This document shows positions 35,486 to 46,545 of a stretch of DNA of 64,000 bases, one piece after another. The DNA lies in contig CANQDG010000007.1 of NCBI GenBank assembly GCA_947591495.1, positions 1,334-65,333 of the forward strand, in the 5' to 3' direction. Below the pieces are notes generated by a model that was not told the origin of the DNA, ran no database searches, and worked only from the letters and a program-made list of their open reading frames with translations. A program made the translations under genes and the position numbers. Numbering within the stretch: position 1 is the first letter of the stretch; the number at the start of each line of letters is the position of its first letter. Origin of the DNA: an uncultured Bacilli bacterium (lineage in GTDB: Bacteria; Bacillota_I; Bacilli_A; ML615J-28; CAG-313).

Positions 35486-36214
35486 TTACTCGTAATATAC
35501 TTTCCAAAGATACAATCCTTGAGCAGGTGCTACGTATGGTGCAAATCGACGTTCTTTAGCCTCGATAATATTTTTAATATCAATTGGTTGTAGTTTACCT
35601 TCTGCGACCTTTAACATCAAAGCAACAATAATGCGCACCATATTATACATAAAACCATTACCAATAATACGAAATTCTAAAATACCATCATAGACATTTA
35701 ATTCAAATAAAGTAATGGTTCTAACGCATGAAGCAATTTTTTTATTTTTGGAAAAACTTCTAAAATCATGCGTTCCTTCAATATATTTCATAGCCTCACG
35801 AATTTTAGATATATCTATTCGATCATGAAAAAAGTGCATATAACCTGCTTTTAGAGGATCAAAGGTATTAATCGATACATAATAGCGATACTCTTTTAAG
35901 CAAGCTGACTTTCTACTATGGAATGTTTCATCGACAATTTCTGAGGAAACGATATATATATGAGGATATACTTTCTTATTAAGAATTTTGCGCAAATTTT
36001 CTGGTGGAATATACTGAGTCGAATCAAAATGAATAACTTGCCCTTTAGCATGAACTAAAGCATCCGTTCTTCCAGCCCCATGCACAACTATTTTAGTTTT
36101 GGTAATTTCACTTAACTTTTCTTCTAATACTTGTTGAACTGATATATAATTTAGTTGACGCTGGAAACCATGAAAATATCCGCCATCATAACTAATAATC
36201 ATTTTATAACGCAT
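35486..36214 (-). CDS. truA: tRNA pseudouridine(38-40) synthase TruA
   Basis: MRYKMIISYDGGYFHGFQRQ and GAGRTDALVHA (catalytic Asp). The ATG at 36214 lies 6 nt after GGAG. Confidence 0.9.
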   Translation of the reverse strand: MRYKMIISYDGGYFHGFQRQLNYISVQQVLEEKLSEITKTKIVVHGAGRTDALVHAKGQVIHFDSTQYIPPENLRKILNKKVYPHIYIVSSEIVDETFHSRKSACLKEYRYYVSINTFDPLKAGYMHFFHDRIDISKIREAMKYIEGTHDFRSFSKNKKIASCVRTITLFELNVYDGILEFRIIGNGFMYNMVRIIVALMLKVAEGKLQPIDIKNIIEAKERRFAPYVAPAQGLYLWKVYYE

Positions 36215-37187
36215 ATATAACTCCACATCTAATTAAAATTAAAAGAATAAACAACGTTAAAATAAAAAGCATAACTAAATAATCCGTAACTTTACATTTC
36301 ATTTTAACAAGTTTGGTTCGTTTTTCACCTGGAACATAACATCTTGCTTCCATTGCATCGGCTAAATCTTCTGCTCTTTTAATGGAAATGACAAACATCG
36401 GCACTAATAAAGAAACGATTTGTTTAATTTGTTCAATAAATTTACCTTCATTAAAATCGACTCCTCTTGATGCTTGAGCTTTTAGAATTTTATTAGTTTC
36501 ATTAAAAAGGGTTGGAATAAAACGTAAAGCAATAGAAATCATCATCGCAAAGATACTCGTTTTAATTTTAATCTTTTCCAGAGGTGCTAAATACCATTCT
36601 AAAGCATTAGTTAAGTCAGTTGGTTTCGTCGTTAGAGTAAGTGTTGTTGAGGCTAAAATAATGATTAAAATTCTTTCAATTAAAAAAGTTCCATGAATTA
36701 ATCCTTTTTCATAAATATGAATCGATGTTTCTTTAAATGGATCGCCTATTAATGGAAAACGTAATAAATAAATAATAAGCACTACAAGTCCAATAAAGAT
36801 TAACATTTTAAAAGGTAAATATTTTCGAAAAAGAAAAAAGATAACAATTAATAAAACTGCTAAAATAAGATTAGCATATGAAAAATTAATCGGTATATTG
36901 TATACTTTTCCACCTTCATTGCCAAATAGTTGAAAAATAAAGGAAAGAAAGATGACAAAAACAATTTGTTTTAAACTTTTTAAATATTTAAAAATAGAAA
37001 TTTTCGAAAAAATGACTGCGATAAGTGGAATCATTAAAGCAATACTTAATAAAATAAAATTATCAGCTGGGACAAGAAAGGTTCCAATCATTAAAATCAA
37101 AAGAACAAATAGTTTAATTCGAGGATCTAATTTATGAATGAAACTATTTTTATATATATATTGTCCAAATACAATATTATCATTCAT
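36204..37187 (-). CDS. ecfT: energy-coupling factor transporter transmembrane subunit EcfT
   Basis: 327 aa, polytopic. Has the ARG-type signature region AQASRGVDF...MEARCY. Sits after the two ecfA genes. Confidence 0.88.
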   Translation of the reverse strand: MNDNIVFGQYIYKNSFIHKLDPRIKLFVLLILMIGTFLVPADNFILLSIALMIPLIAVIFSKISIFKYLKSLKQIVFVIFLSFIFQLFGNEGGKVYNIPINFSYANLILAVLLIVIFFLFRKYLPFKMLIFIGLVVLIIYLLRFPLIGDPFKETSIHIYEKGLIHGTFLIERILIIILASTTLTLTTKPTDLTNALEWYLAPLEKIKIKTSIFAMMISIALRFIPTLFNETNKILKAQASRGVDFNEGKFIEQIKQIVSLLVPMFVISIKRAEDLADAMEARCYVPGEKRTKLVKMKCKVTDYLVMLFILTLFILLILIRCGVIYAL

Positions 37188-38034
37188 AAGATCCCTCCTT
37201 TAAAATAAGTTCTAAAAGTTCTTCTTTTGTAAGAGGTAACTTATCATAATTAATTAAACCTGCCTTTTTTAATTGGATTGCTAGACTAGCAGAAGTAGGT
37301 AGGTCAAGATTATATAAATCAAGCAGTTCATGACTTGCAAATAAATCATCTTTATGACCATCAAAAACTAATTTTCCTTGATGCATAACAAGAATACGTT
37401 TTGCGAAAGCACTAACAATATTCATATCATGTGAAATCATAATAATTGTTTTATTTGTTTTTTGTTGAATATCGACTAATAATTGCATTAATTCATCTTT
37501 CGTTTTAGGATCAAGACCAACAGTTGGTTCATCTAGAATTAAAATATCAGGATTAACAGCTAATATTCCCGCAATCGCCACTTTACGCATTTGGCCACCA
37601 CTTAAAGTAAAAGGGGATCTTTCTAATAAATCATCACTAATACCAATTAATTTAGCTGCTTCTAATGCTTGAGATCTTGCTTGTTCTTTGGTTTGACCAA
37701 AGTTTTTAGGACCAAACATAATATCATCTAATACAGTTGTTTCAAATACTTGATATTCAGGAAATTGAAAAACTAACCCTACGTGTTTTCTAATTGGTTT
37801 TAGGGGAGTTTTTTTCTTGCGCACAACATTTAAATCAAAAATTTTTATCTTGCCACTTGTTGGAAATAATAAAGCATTCATATGTTGAACAAGGGTAGAT
37901 TTACCACTACCGGTATGCCCCACAATGAAAATAAACTCATTTTGAGCGTCAATTGATAAATTAATATTATCTAGTTGTTTTTTGGAAGCTTTTTTAGCAT
38001 ATTTAAAATCTACATTTTGAAAGTTAATTCCCAT
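37180..38034 (-). CDS. ecfA2: ECF transporter ATPase EcfA2
   Basis: 284 aa. GHTGSGKST, LSGGQMRKVAIA and ILDEPT. Confidence 0.9.
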   Translation of the reverse strand: MGINFQNVDFKYAKKASKKQLDNINLSIDAQNEFIFIVGHTGSGKSTLVQHMNALLFPTSGKIKIFDLNVVRKKKTPLKPIRKHVGLVFQFPEYQVFETTVLDDIMFGPKNFGQTKEQARSQALEAAKLIGISDDLLERSPFTLSGGQMRKVAIAGILAVNPDILILDEPTVGLDPKTKDELMQLLVDIQQKTNKTIIMISHDMNIVSAFAKRILVMHQGKLVFDGHKDDLFASHELLDLYNLDLPTSASLAIQLKKAGLINYDKLPLTKEELLELILKEGSYE

Positions 38035-38828
38035 AATTTATCCGTTAACACTTTCTTTTGTGATTCTTCTAAAGCACTATTATTAATGCGATCAATTAAA
38101 AATAACCCATCAATTAGTTTAAGACCACTAGCTTCCAATATGGTCTTTTCTTTTAACACTTCGCGAGGAGTGCCTTCTAAAACAATTTTACCTTGATTTA
38201 ATACCATCACTTTATCCGCGAAAAGGGCTTCTTCTAGGTTATGTGTTATAGTAATAATTGTTTTTTGATGAGAATTTTTTAAAGTTTTAATCATTTCAAT
38301 AATTTCTTTAGTTCCTTTTGGATCTAACATTGAAGTAGCCTCATCAAAAATAATTAAATCGGTTTGCATAGCAAGTGCTCCCGCAATCGCTACTCTTTGT
38401 TTTTGGCCACCTGATAAATTCTCCGGATTAGCATCTAAATATTCACTCATATCAACCATTTGTGCATATTGATTAACAGCTTCTTGCATTTTTGAGCGTT
38501 CTACTTTAAGATTTTCTAAGCCAAAAGCAATATCATCTTTGACTGTTACACCAACAAATTGATTATCAGGATTTTGAAAAATGATACTTAACTTCTTTCT
38601 AAGATGATTAACACTTTTTTCAGTTAATTCTTCATCGCCGATATATATATGACCACTAGTAGGTTTTAAAAGCCCCATAATTAGTTTAGCAATCGTACTT
38701 TTACCACTACCATTTGGTCCAAGGATAGCTAACATACAACCTTTTGGCAATTCAAAAGATAAGTCGTTTAAAATTAAGTCTTCATTATTGGCATATTTGA
38801 AATTAATATTTTCTAATTTAACGAACAT
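38010..38828 (-). CDS. ecfA1: ECF transporter ATPase EcfA1
   Basis: 272 aa. GPNGSGKST, LSGGQKQRVAIA and IFDEAT. Confidence 0.9.
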   Translation of the reverse strand: MFVKLENINFKYANNEDLILNDLSFELPKGCMLAILGPNGSGKSTIAKLIMGLLKPTSGHIYIGDEELTEKSVNHLRKKLSIIFQNPDNQFVGVTVKDDIAFGLENLKVERSKMQEAVNQYAQMVDMSEYLDANPENLSGGQKQRVAIAGALAMQTDLIIFDEATSMLDPKGTKEIIEMIKTLKNSHQKTIITITHNLEEALFADKVMVLNQGKIVLEGTPREVLKEKTILEASGLKLIDGLFLIDRINNSALEESQKKVLTDKLWELTFKM

Positions 38829-38914
38829 TTTAGCCTCCTTATTACTTATTTATTATACCACTTATGAGCATTTTTTGCAAGGCTATTGGTTTTAAGCCTT
38901 TTTGCATATATATA

Positions 38915-38947
38915 ACAAAAAACCTGAAAAGATATTCATTTCAGGTT
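38915..38947 (-). terminator. intrinsic terminator after the M50 protease gene
   Basis: AACCTGAAA / TTTCAGGTT stem with a 9-nt loop, followed by TTTTGTT on the minus strand. Confidence 0.6.
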
Positions 38948-38957
38948 TATCGATAAT

Positions 38958-39632
38958 TTATACAAGACCAAACATCAAGCAAACAAGACGCCACATTAAA
39001 TTAAACAACCAGCTTACTGCTCTTGTAATAAAAGACATTCCGCCTCCTGCTAGCATTGAAAGGAGTAATATTCCAGTAAGAATTAAAAAGCCATATCGTT
39101 GATATTTCATATATTGTTCATAAACATTGCCTTTAAGAAAAGAACCAAGAATTTTTGAACCATCTAAAGGGGGAATTGGTAATAGATTAAATAGTCCTAA
39201 TCCTAAATTAATAATAGCTAAGGCTTGAAAAAAGTTAAATAATATATATATAATATTTTCTATTACAACATTTAAATTATTAGCATAACTTATTTTATAA
39301 ACTAAGCCCATTAAAATGGTTGAAACAATGGCAAGAATAAAATTCATTAAGGGACCTGCTAAAGCAACAAGCGCCATTCCTAAACGACGATGTTTATAAT
39401 ATTCAGGATTAACCATTACCGGTTTAGCCCATCCCACATGAAAGAAAACAAGACAAAGCGTTCCGATTGGATCTAAATGCTTTAATGGGTTTAAAGACAA
39501 GCGCCCTTGCCGTTTAGGAGTTGGATCACCTAACATATATGATACAAGTCCATGGGCAAGTTCATGAAGAACAATCGCAATTAAAGCGGCGATAGCTATA
39601 TAAGCATATTCTAATAAGACATCGATAATCAT
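38958..39632 (-). CDS. site-2 protease family (peptidase M50) membrane protein
   Basis: 224 aa, polytopic. HELAHG zinc motif and LLPIPPLDGSK. Confidence 0.75.
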   Translation of the reverse strand: MIIDVLLEYAYIAIAALIAIVLHELAHGLVSYMLGDPTPKRQGRLSLNPLKHLDPIGTLCLVFFHVGWAKPVMVNPEYYKHRRLGMALVALAGPLMNFILAIVSTILMGLVYKISYANNLNVVIENIIYILFNFFQALAIINLGLGLFNLLPIPPLDGSKILGSFLKGNVYEQYMKYQRYGFLILTGILLLSMLAGGGMSFITRAVSWLFNLMWRLVCLMFGLV

Positions 39633-39663
39633 TTGTTAGTCCTCCTTTGTTATTCTATTATTT

Positions 39664-39691
39664 ATTATACCCGTTTTTTTTATTTTATCAA
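39664..39691 (-). promoter_or_regulatory. putative promoter upstream of the M50 gene
   Basis: On the minus strand, TTGATA, a 16-nt spacer, then TATAAT. Confidence 0.4.
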
Positions 39692-39831
39692 GAAACTAGC
39701 ATATAAGACTTAAAGTAGGCTAGTTTTTATTTTACGGCTTAAAAACGGCCTATTTTAAAAGTTTTTACTTTTCTTAAGGTATTTATTTGTTTCTTAAAGT
39801 TAAGTTTTATATTTTTAAATCTTTTTAATAT

Positions 39832-39856
39832 AAAAAACCCTTAAAAAGGGTTTTTT
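39832..39856 (-). terminator. intrinsic terminator ending the ribosomal superoperon (after rplQ)
   Basis: AAAAAACCCTT-AAA-AAGGGTTTTTT. Confidence 0.7.
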
Positions 39857-39857
39857 G

Positions 39858-40220
39858 TTAGATAAATTCAATAATTGCCATTTCTGTTGCATCGCCACGG
39901 CGAGGACCAAGTTTTAATACTCTTGTATAACCACCATTGCGATCAGTATATTTAGGGGCAATTTCATTAAATAATTTTTGTATTGCATAGTTACCTTCTT
40001 CATCTTTTTCAAAACGAATTAACTTTGCGGCCTGACGACGTGCTGCAAGGTCACCTTTTTTACCAAATGTAACCATTTTGTCAGCAAGACGTTTTAATTC
40101 TTTTGCTTTAGATACAGTAGTTTCTATACGACCATTTAAAATTAAATCTGTAATTAAATCGCGAAACAAAGCTTTTCTTTGTGAGCTTTTGCGACTTAAA
40201 GTACGATATCCTAATGACAT
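39858..40220 (-). CDS. rplQ: 50S ribosomal protein L17
   Basis: 120 aa. Begins [22 protein letters not shown]. Follows rpoA. Confidence 0.96.
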   Translation of the reverse strand: MSLGYRTLSRKSSQRKALFRDLITDLILNGRIETTVSKAKELKRLADKMVTFGKKGDLAARRQAAKLIRFEKDEEGNYAIQKLFNEIAPKYTDRNGGYTRVLKLGPRRGDATEMAIIEFI

Positions 40221-40255
40221 AGTGCATTTTCTCCTTTAAAGATTTTTTTATTTAT

Positions 40256-41365
40256 CTATTCATTTGATTCTTCTTCTTCATCAAATGACGAATCATCATC
40301 AAATAAAGTGCTACTGTTTTTAAGTTCTAAACCAATTTCACGAAGTTTTTGAACAACTTCTTTAAGTGATTTACGACCTAAGTTACGAACTTTCATCATT
40401 TCTTCTTCGCTCTTTTGCGTAAGTTCACCAACAGTATTAATATTTGCACGTTTTAAACAGTTATATGAACGAACAGTAAGATCTAAATCTTCAATCTTTT
40501 TATCAAGTTTACTATCAGTAACTTTTTCTTCTGTTTCAATCATATATTTCTTTTGTTCAATTTCAGTATTTAAATTTTGAATCACAGTGAAGTGTTCAAT
40601 TAAGAATTTTGATGCAAGTGATAAAGCATTAGTAGCTTTAATTGAACCATTTGTCCAAACTTCAATTACAAGTAAATCACAATCGAAATTATCACCATAT
40701 CTTGTTTTGCTAACTTCATATTTACATCTTACAACTGGTGTAAAAATTGAATCGATTGGTAAACGTCCAATAATGGTATTATTGCCTTCTTTGCAAAATA
40801 CTTTGTTTTCATCAGCATTGACATAACCAACACCATTTCTAACAAATAGTTCCATTTTTAATTTGCCACCTGCCGCAAGAGTTGCAATCTCTTGTTCAGG
40901 ATTAATAACAACAATATCTTCTGTCGAAGCAGTGTTGATATCTTTAGCTCTAATAACTTTTTCATATACTAATTCTTCAACGCCAGCTTTTTTTTGTTCT
41001 TCGATTGTTGGAAGTTCCTCAATCAATTCTAAGCGATAGGTTTTTTCTTGATCACCATAATCACCTGTTTCGTTTTTAGCGGCATTGATAGTAAAAACGA
41101 TTTTCTTTAAATTTAAAATAATCTCCGTAACATCTTCACGAATGCCTTCAATTGCACAGAATTCATGTTCAACTCCTTCAATGCTTATTGCAACAATCGC
41201 AGCTCCTGGTAAAGAAGAAAGTAAGACTCTTCTTAAAGAGTTACCAATTGTCATACCATATCCTCTTTCAAGAGGTGATAATTTTAATTTACAATAATTA
41301 TCATTAACGTTTTGAACATCTTCATTTATTTTTAATTCTGGTTTAATAAATTCAATTTTTCTCAA
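40256..41365 (-). CDS. rpoA: DNA-directed RNA polymerase subunit alpha
   Basis: PLERGYGMTIGNSLRRVLLSS and the CTD segment LDLTVRSYNCLKRANI. The start is set to the TTG at 41365, 7 nt after AGGAGG. The track start at 41425 lacks an RBS. Confidence 0.93.
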   Translation of the reverse strand: MRKIEFIKPELKINEDVQNVNDNYCKLKLSPLERGYGMTIGNSLRRVLLSSLPGAAIVAISIEGVEHEFCAIEGIREDVTEIILNLKKIVFTINAAKNETGDYGDQEKTYRLELIEELPTIEEQKKAGVEELVYEKVIRAKDINTASTEDIVVINPEQEIATLAAGGKLKMELFVRNGVGYVNADENKVFCKEGNNTIIGRLPIDSIFTPVVRCKYEVSKTRYGDNFDCDLLVIEVWTNGSIKATNALSLASKFLIEHFTVIQNLNTEIEQKKYMIETEEKVTDSKLDKKIEDLDLTVRSYNCLKRANINTVGELTQKSEEEMMKVRNLGRKSLKEVVQKLREIGLELKNSSTLFDDDSSFDEEEESNE

Positions 41366-41454
41366 GTTATATCCTCCTATTAAGATTTTTTTGAGTATAT
41401 TGCTTCTACCATCCTTTGTGAACAATTAATAAATTTATTAAAATAAAGATATTT

Positions 41455-41841
41455 TTATCCACGTGGTCTTTTTGGAGGACGGCATCCATTATGTGGTACA
41501 GGTGTTACATCTTGAATTGAAACAATTTCAAGACCTGCAACTTGTAAAGATCTAATTGCAGCCTCACGACCAGGACCTGGTCCTTTAACTGTAACTTCTA
41601 CTTTAATCATTCCATTATCTATTGCGGCCTTAGCAGCAGCCTCAGATGCCATTTGTGCAGCAAATGGAGTAGATTTTTTACTACCTTTAAAGCCAACTGC
41701 ACCAGCACTACTCCATGATACAACATTACCAACTGGATCAGTAATTGTAACAATGGTATTATTGAATGTTGAATGAATATGGGCAACACCTAAAGGTATA
41801 TTTTTTCTAACACGACGTTTTCGAATTACTTTTTTAGCCAT
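41455..41841 (-). CDS. rpsK: 30S ribosomal protein S11
   Basis: 128 aa. Contains [18 protein letters not shown]. Confidence 0.97.
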   Translation of the reverse strand: MAKKVIRKRRVRKNIPLGVAHIHSTFNNTIVTITDPVGNVVSWSSAGAVGFKGSKKSTPFAAQMASEAAAKAAIDNGMIKVEVTVKGPGPGREAAIRSLQVAGLEIVSIQDVTPVPHNGCRPPKRPRG

Positions 41842-41855
41842 TTAATTCACGCCTC

Positions 41856-42221
41856 CTATTTCTTCTTGTTAGCTACTGTCTTAGCAGGACCTTTTCTTGT
41901 ACGAGCATTAGTTCTCGTTCTTTGTCCTCTAACCGGTAAGCCTCTTCTATGACGAAGTCCACGATAACTTCCTATTTCCATTAAACGCTTAATGTTTAAT
42001 GCATTTTCTCTACGTAAGTCACCTTCTACTTGATATTTCGCAACTTCTTGACGGATTGCGGTAAGTTCGGTTTCTGATAAATCTTTTACTCTTTTATCTT
42101 CGCTTACGTTGGCATTTTTGAGAATTACTTCTGCAGTTGGTTTGCCAATACCATAAATATATGTAAGTGATATTACAACTCTTTTGTTGTTAGGAATATC
42201 AACACCAGATATACGTGCCAT
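41856..42221 (-). CDS. rpsM: 30S ribosomal protein S13
   Basis: 121 aa. Begins [15 protein letters not shown]. Confidence 0.97.
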   Translation of the reverse strand: MARISGVDIPNNKRVVISLTYIYGIGKPTAEVILKNANVSEDKRVKDLSETELTAIRQEVAKYQVEGDLRRENALNIKRLMEIGSYRGLRHRRGLPVRGQRTRTNARTRKGPAKTVANKKK

Positions 42222-42241
42222 CTTTTAATAAGCCTCCTATA

Positions 42242-42358
42242 TTATCCTTGTCTTTGTTTGTGTTTAGGGTAAGCTGAACAGATTACCATAACACGCCCAT
42301 GTCTTTTAATAACTTTACATTTATCACAAATTGGTTTTACAGATGGTCTAACCTTCAT
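42242..42358 (-). CDS. rpmJ: 50S ribosomal protein L36
   Basis: Not in the ORF track. My translation gives [47 protein letters not shown]. Confidence 0.93.
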   Translation of the reverse strand: MKVRPSVKPICDKCKVIKRHGRVMVICSAYPKHKQRQG

Positions 42359-42399
42359 TGTGTACCTCCTATGTAGTTTTTATTTACTAATTATACAAC

Positions 42400-42621
42400 T
42401 TATTTATGTCGATAAGTTATACGTCCACGTGTTAAATCATATGGCGATATTTCAACAGTCACTCTATCACCTGGTAAAATGCGAATCGTATTCATCCGGA
42501 TTTTACCAGAAACGTGGGCAACAATAATTTGACCATTTGCAGTAAGTTTAACTTTAAATACTGTATTTGGTAAAACTTCAACGACTGTTCCTTCCATCTC
42601 GAACATATCATTTTTTGACAT
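42400..42621 (-). CDS. infA: translation initiation factor IF-1
   Basis: 73 aa. Contains [15 protein letters not shown]...[16 protein letters not shown]. Confidence 0.97.
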   Translation of the reverse strand: MSKNDMFEMEGTVVEVLPNTVFKVKLTANGQIIVAHVSGKIRMNTIRILPGDRVTVEISPYDLTRGRITYRHK

Positions 42622-43382
42622 TATTCGTTCTCCTTTATTTTAGTTAAAATTTCATATCCGTCATCAGTAATAAGAATTGAATTTTCATAATGTGCACTAG
42701 GCATATGATCAATTGTAACAGTTGTCCAACCATCACTTAAGATTTTTACCCGATGAGTTCCCATATTAATCATTGGTTCAATGGCTAAAGTCATTCCTTT
42801 TCTTAGAATTGGACCTTCGCCCGCAACCCCATAATTAGGAACAGCTGGATCTTCATGTAGGTGACTACCTACACCATGACCGGTAAAATCTCTTACAACA
42901 CCATAATGATATTGTTTTACATATGTTTCAATTGCACAAGATATATCAGATAATCGATTCCCAGGACGAGCATATTTTAATCCTTCAAAGAATGATTGTT
43001 CTGTAACCTCTATTAATTTTAAGCGATCACTTTTAACATTGCCACAAGGCCAAGTTCTCGCACAATCTCCATGATATCCTTTATAATTAGCACCGATATC
43101 AATGGAAATAATATCGCCATCTTTTAAAATTTGTTTCTTACTTGGAATGCCATGAATTACAACTTCATTAATGGATGCACAAATTGATGCAGGATATCCA
43201 TTATAATTTAAAAAGGATGGAGTTGCACCATGTGATGTTATTACATCATAAGCTATTTTATCTAATTCTTTAGTTGAAACACCAGGTTTAATAGCCTTTC
43301 TAATTGCTTCATGAGCTAACATAGCGATATGACCTGCTTGTCTCATTAAAGCTATTTCTCTTTCACTTTTATATGTAATCAT
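42621..43382 (-). CDS. map: type I methionine aminopeptidase
   Basis: 253 aa. Contains the metal-ligand contexts [19 protein letters not shown] and LAIEPM. Confidence 0.95.
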   Translation of the reverse strand: MITYKSEREIALMRQAGHIAMLAHEAIRKAIKPGVSTKELDKIAYDVITSHGATPSFLNYNGYPASICASINEVVIHGIPSKKQILKDGDIISIDIGANYKGYHGDCARTWPCGNVKSDRLKLIEVTEQSFFEGLKYARPGNRLSDISCAIETYVKQYHYGVVRDFTGHGVGSHLHEDPAVPNYGVAGEGPILRKGMTLAIEPMINMGTHRVKILSDGWTTVTIDHMPSAHYENSILITDDGYEILTKIKENE

Positions 43383-44023
43383 TATTTCACCTTATTAATT
43401 ATTTCTTCAACAACCTTATGTGGTTCTTGATTTGCATTAATATTGATTAAAATTCCAAGTTCTTTGTAATACGTTATAATTGGTTTGGTTTGCGTATTAT
43501 AAACCACAAGCCTTTTATCGATTGTTTCAAGCGTATCATCTTTTCTTTGATATAGTTTTGCTCCACATACATCACAAATACCTTCTTGTTTTGGTTTTAG
43601 ATATATTAGGTTATAACCTCTACCACAGTTTTCACAAATACGTCTATTTACAATTCTTTTTTCTATAATTTCATCTTTAACATCTAAATTTATTGCCGCA
43701 TCAAGTTTAATATCTAAATCTTCTAAAATTTTTGTTAAGGCTTTTGCTTGAGCAAGATTGCGCGGAAATCCATCTAAAAGAAAACCTTTTTGGCAATCAT
43801 CTTCACTTAATCTTTCTTTGACAATTTCATTCGTAACCTCATCTGGGACAAGGAAACCTTGATCAATATATCTTTGAGCAATTAGCCCTGTTTTAGTTTT
43901 TTCTGATATAGCCTTTCTGAATATTTCTCCTGTGGAAATGTGGGGAATGCCATAGAAACTTTTAAGTTCTACAGCACATGTCCCCTTACCACATCCAGGA
44001 GCACCCATAATTAGTAGATGCAT
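43382..44023 (-). CDS. adk: adenylate kinase (zinc-lid type)
   Basis: 213 aa. GAPGCGKGT P-loop and a lid with CENCG...CDVCG. Confidence 0.96.
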   Translation of the reverse strand: MHLLIMGAPGCGKGTCAVELKSFYGIPHISTGEIFRKAISEKTKTGLIAQRYIDQGFLVPDEVTNEIVKERLSEDDCQKGFLLDGFPRNLAQAKALTKILEDLDIKLDAAINLDVKDEIIEKRIVNRRICENCGRGYNLIYLKPKQEGICDVCGAKLYQRKDDTLETIDKRLVVYNTQTKPIITYYKELGILININANQEPHKVVEEIINKVK

Positions 44024-44037
44024 AAATTTTCACCTTT

Positions 44038-45357
44038 TTATAAGAATCCGTGATAATCTTGAGCTTGACCTTCAGTCTTAATTTGGGTAATTGTTTCTAA
44101 CGCAACACCGACAACGATCATAAGTGATGTACCACCTATTTGAACTGAAGATGGAAGATCTGGGAATATAAATGTAACAATTACAGGAATTGATGCAAGA
44201 ATTGCAAGATATGTAGCACCAAGTAAAGTTACTTTAAATAATACTTTTGAAATAAAGACTGCGGTATCTTCACCAGGTTTTACACCAGGAATGTTAGCAT
44301 TTTGTTTCTTTAAATTATCTGCCATTTTATCAGGATCAATTTGTAAGAATGAATAGAAGAAAGCAAATACAAATATTAATATAATGTAGATTGCAAAACC
44401 AATTGGTTCTTGATAACTAAATATTGTATACCACCATTGACTAATAGTTCCTTTACTTGCTTCAACAAATTGTAAAATAGTTGTTGGTAAAGAAAGAAGT
44501 GTCGAAGCAAAAATGACTGGTATTACGGATGCTGAATTAAGTTTAATTGGAATATTTGAATCTTGTTTACCAACAAGTTTCGAAACTGCTGGACGATTGG
44601 TATAAACAACTGGAATTTTTCTTTGTAAGCCTTCCATCCAAACAACACCGACAACAATTAAAACAAAGATGAGCATCATAACAATATATAAGACAATACC
44701 TTTCCAAGTAATGGCATCAGCTGTTGCATCATAATATGGACCATTTGCTGTAAGGAAATATTGAACTAATTGATACATCATTGTAGGTAAACTTACAATA
44801 ATACCAGCAACGATTAACATTGATGCACCATTACCAATACCTCTCATTGTCATTTGATCAGAAAGCCAAAGAGTAAAGGCAGTACCTGCTGTTAATACTA
44901 AAGCAATATATAAATATGTAAATGCATTAAATTCTGAAACATCTCTAAAATATACGTTACTTGTTGCTTTTAGACCAAGAATTAAAGCAAGGCCTTGAAC
45001 AAAAGCAATAAATAAAGCAATGTATCTTGTCCAACGATTTAGTTTTTCACGTCCTGCTTCGCCTTCTTCGGCCCATTCTTTGAAAGCAGGGATGATATCA
45101 AGTTGTAACATTTGTACAACAATTGATGATGTAATATATGGACTAATACCTAAAGATAAAATAGAAAATTGCGTTAAACCTCCACCGGCAAAAACATCTA
45201 GAAAACCAAACAAATTACCAGTACCAGTTGTTGGAATCGAGTCATAGTTTGCAAATGGAAATTTAATATGGATTCCAATACGCCAAATGATTAAACAAAG
45301 GGCGGTAAAAAGAATCATTCCTATTAATTTTTTATACTTCCCGAAAAACTTTTTCAT
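44038..45357 (-). CDS. secY: preprotein translocase subunit SecY
   Basis: 439 aa with 10 TM helices. Sits in the spc-operon position between rplO and adk. Confidence 0.96.
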   Translation of the reverse strand: MKKFFGKYKKLIGMILFTALCLIIWRIGIHIKFPFANYDSIPTTGTGNLFGFLDVFAGGGLTQFSILSLGISPYITSSIVVQMLQLDIIPAFKEWAEEGEAGREKLNRWTRYIALFIAFVQGLALILGLKATSNVYFRDVSEFNAFTYLYIALVLTAGTAFTLWLSDQMTMRGIGNGASMLIVAGIIVSLPTMMYQLVQYFLTANGPYYDATADAITWKGIVLYIVMMLIFVLIVVGVVWMEGLQRKIPVVYTNRPAVSKLVGKQDSNIPIKLNSASVIPVIFASTLLSLPTTILQFVEASKGTISQWWYTIFSYQEPIGFAIYIILIFVFAFFYSFLQIDPDKMADNLKKQNANIPGVKPGEDTAVFISKVLFKVTLLGATYLAILASIPVIVTFIFPDLPSSVQIGGTSLMIVVGVALETITQIKTEGQAQDYHGFL

Positions 45358-45358
45358 T

Positions 45359-45802
45359 TTAAGCCACCTCTACTGTTCCGCCAGCAGCTTGAATTTTAGT
45401 TAAAGCTGCTTTAGAGACTTTAGCTGCTTTAATGGTTAAAGCCTTGCTAAGGTCACCGTTGCTTAAAATTTTCACTCCTTCATACTCTTTTTTAACAAGT
45501 CCAGCTTTTTTTAGACTTTCTAAATCAACAACTGCACCAGTTTCGAATTTATCATTTAGGTCGCCAACATTTACGATAGCATATTCTTTACGATTGATAT
45601 TAGTAAAACCACGTTTTGGTAAACGTTTAAATAATTGTGTTTGACCACCTTCATAACCTGGTCTTACGCCACCACCACTTCTAGCGTTTTGTCCTTTATG
45701 ACCTCTAGTAGCTGTTTTTCCTGTGCCACTACCAATACCACGACCTACACGTTTTTTAGCATGTCTTGCGCCTTTTACAGGTTTTAATTCATTTAAATTC
45801 AT
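45359..45802 (-). CDS. rplO: 50S ribosomal protein L15
   Basis: 147 aa. Contains [20 protein letters not shown]. Confidence 0.97.
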   Translation of the reverse strand: MNLNELKPVKGARHAKKRVGRGIGSGTGKTATRGHKGQNARSGGGVRPGYEGGQTQLFKRLPKRGFTNINRKEYAIVNVGDLNDKFETGAVVDLESLKKAGLVKKEYEGVKILSNGDLSKALTIKAAKVSKAALTKIQAAGGTVEVA

Positions 45803-45813
45803 AAATGTGCCTC

Positions 45814-45996
45814 CTATGCTTCAACAACAGTTACTAAATGTTCTACACTTTTAATCATGCCACGAATAGCATCATTATCAACTTTTGTAACTGTTTGACC
45901 TATTTTTGATAAACCAAGAGCTTTAAGAGTTGCTCTTTGTTTTTTAGGACGGGAAATGGGACTTTTAACTAATTTAATTGTTATTGTTTTTTCCAT
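45814..45996 (-). CDS. rpmD: 50S ribosomal protein L30
   Basis: 60 aa. Contains [25 protein letters not shown]. Confidence 0.95.
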   Translation of the reverse strand: MEKTITIKLVKSPISRPKKQRATLKALGLSKIGQTVTKVDNDAIRGMIKSVEHLVTVVEA

Positions 45997-46008
45997 AATA
46001 GCACCACC

Positions 46009-46533
46009 CTATAAAATTTCTGATTTATCTTTCCCACGAAGTTTAGCAACATCATCTATTGTACGTAAATCTAAAAGAGCTTTAAATGTTGCACGCACAA
46101 TATTAATAGGTGTATTAGAACCTTGTGATTTTGATACGATATCTTGAATACCTGCAAGTTCAACTACATTACGAACAGGGCCGCCAGCAATAATACCAGT
46201 ACCAGCAGGAGCTGGCTTTAAGAATACTTGACCTGCACCATGTACGCCAGTAATTTCGTGAGGAATCGTTGTTCCAACAATTGGAATTTCAATAATGTTT
46301 TTCTTTGCGTCTTCGACAGCCTTTTTGATAGCCTCAGGTACTTCTTGAGCCTTACCACTACCAAATCCAACATGTCCATTATAATCACCAACAACAACTA
46401 ATGCTGCAAAACGGAATCTTCTACCACCTTTAACAACTTTAGTTACACGATTAATTACAACTACACGTTCTTCGTATTGTCTTTCTTCGGTTGCATTAGC
46501 AACTTCTGCTAATTCTTTTACTTGTTCACTCAT
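46009..46533 (-). CDS. rpsE: 30S ribosomal protein S5
   Basis: 174 aa. Contains [21 protein letters not shown]. Confidence 0.97.
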   Translation of the reverse strand: MSEQVKELAEVANATEERQYEERVVVINRVTKVVKGGRRFRFAALVVVGDYNGHVGFGSGKAQEVPEAIKKAVEDAKKNIIEIPIVGTTIPHEITGVHGAGQVFLKPAPAGTGIIAGGPVRNVVELAGIQDIVSKSQGSNTPINIVRATFKALLDLRTIDDVAKLRGKDKSEIL

Positions 46534-46545
46534 GAAAGATACCTC

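Noticed and set aside
38958-39632. M50 site-2-protease gene between rplQ and ecfA1, considered as an insertion of interest
   Set aside because: It has its own promoter and terminator and looks like ordinary housekeeping. Without comparative data, its position alone is not informative.
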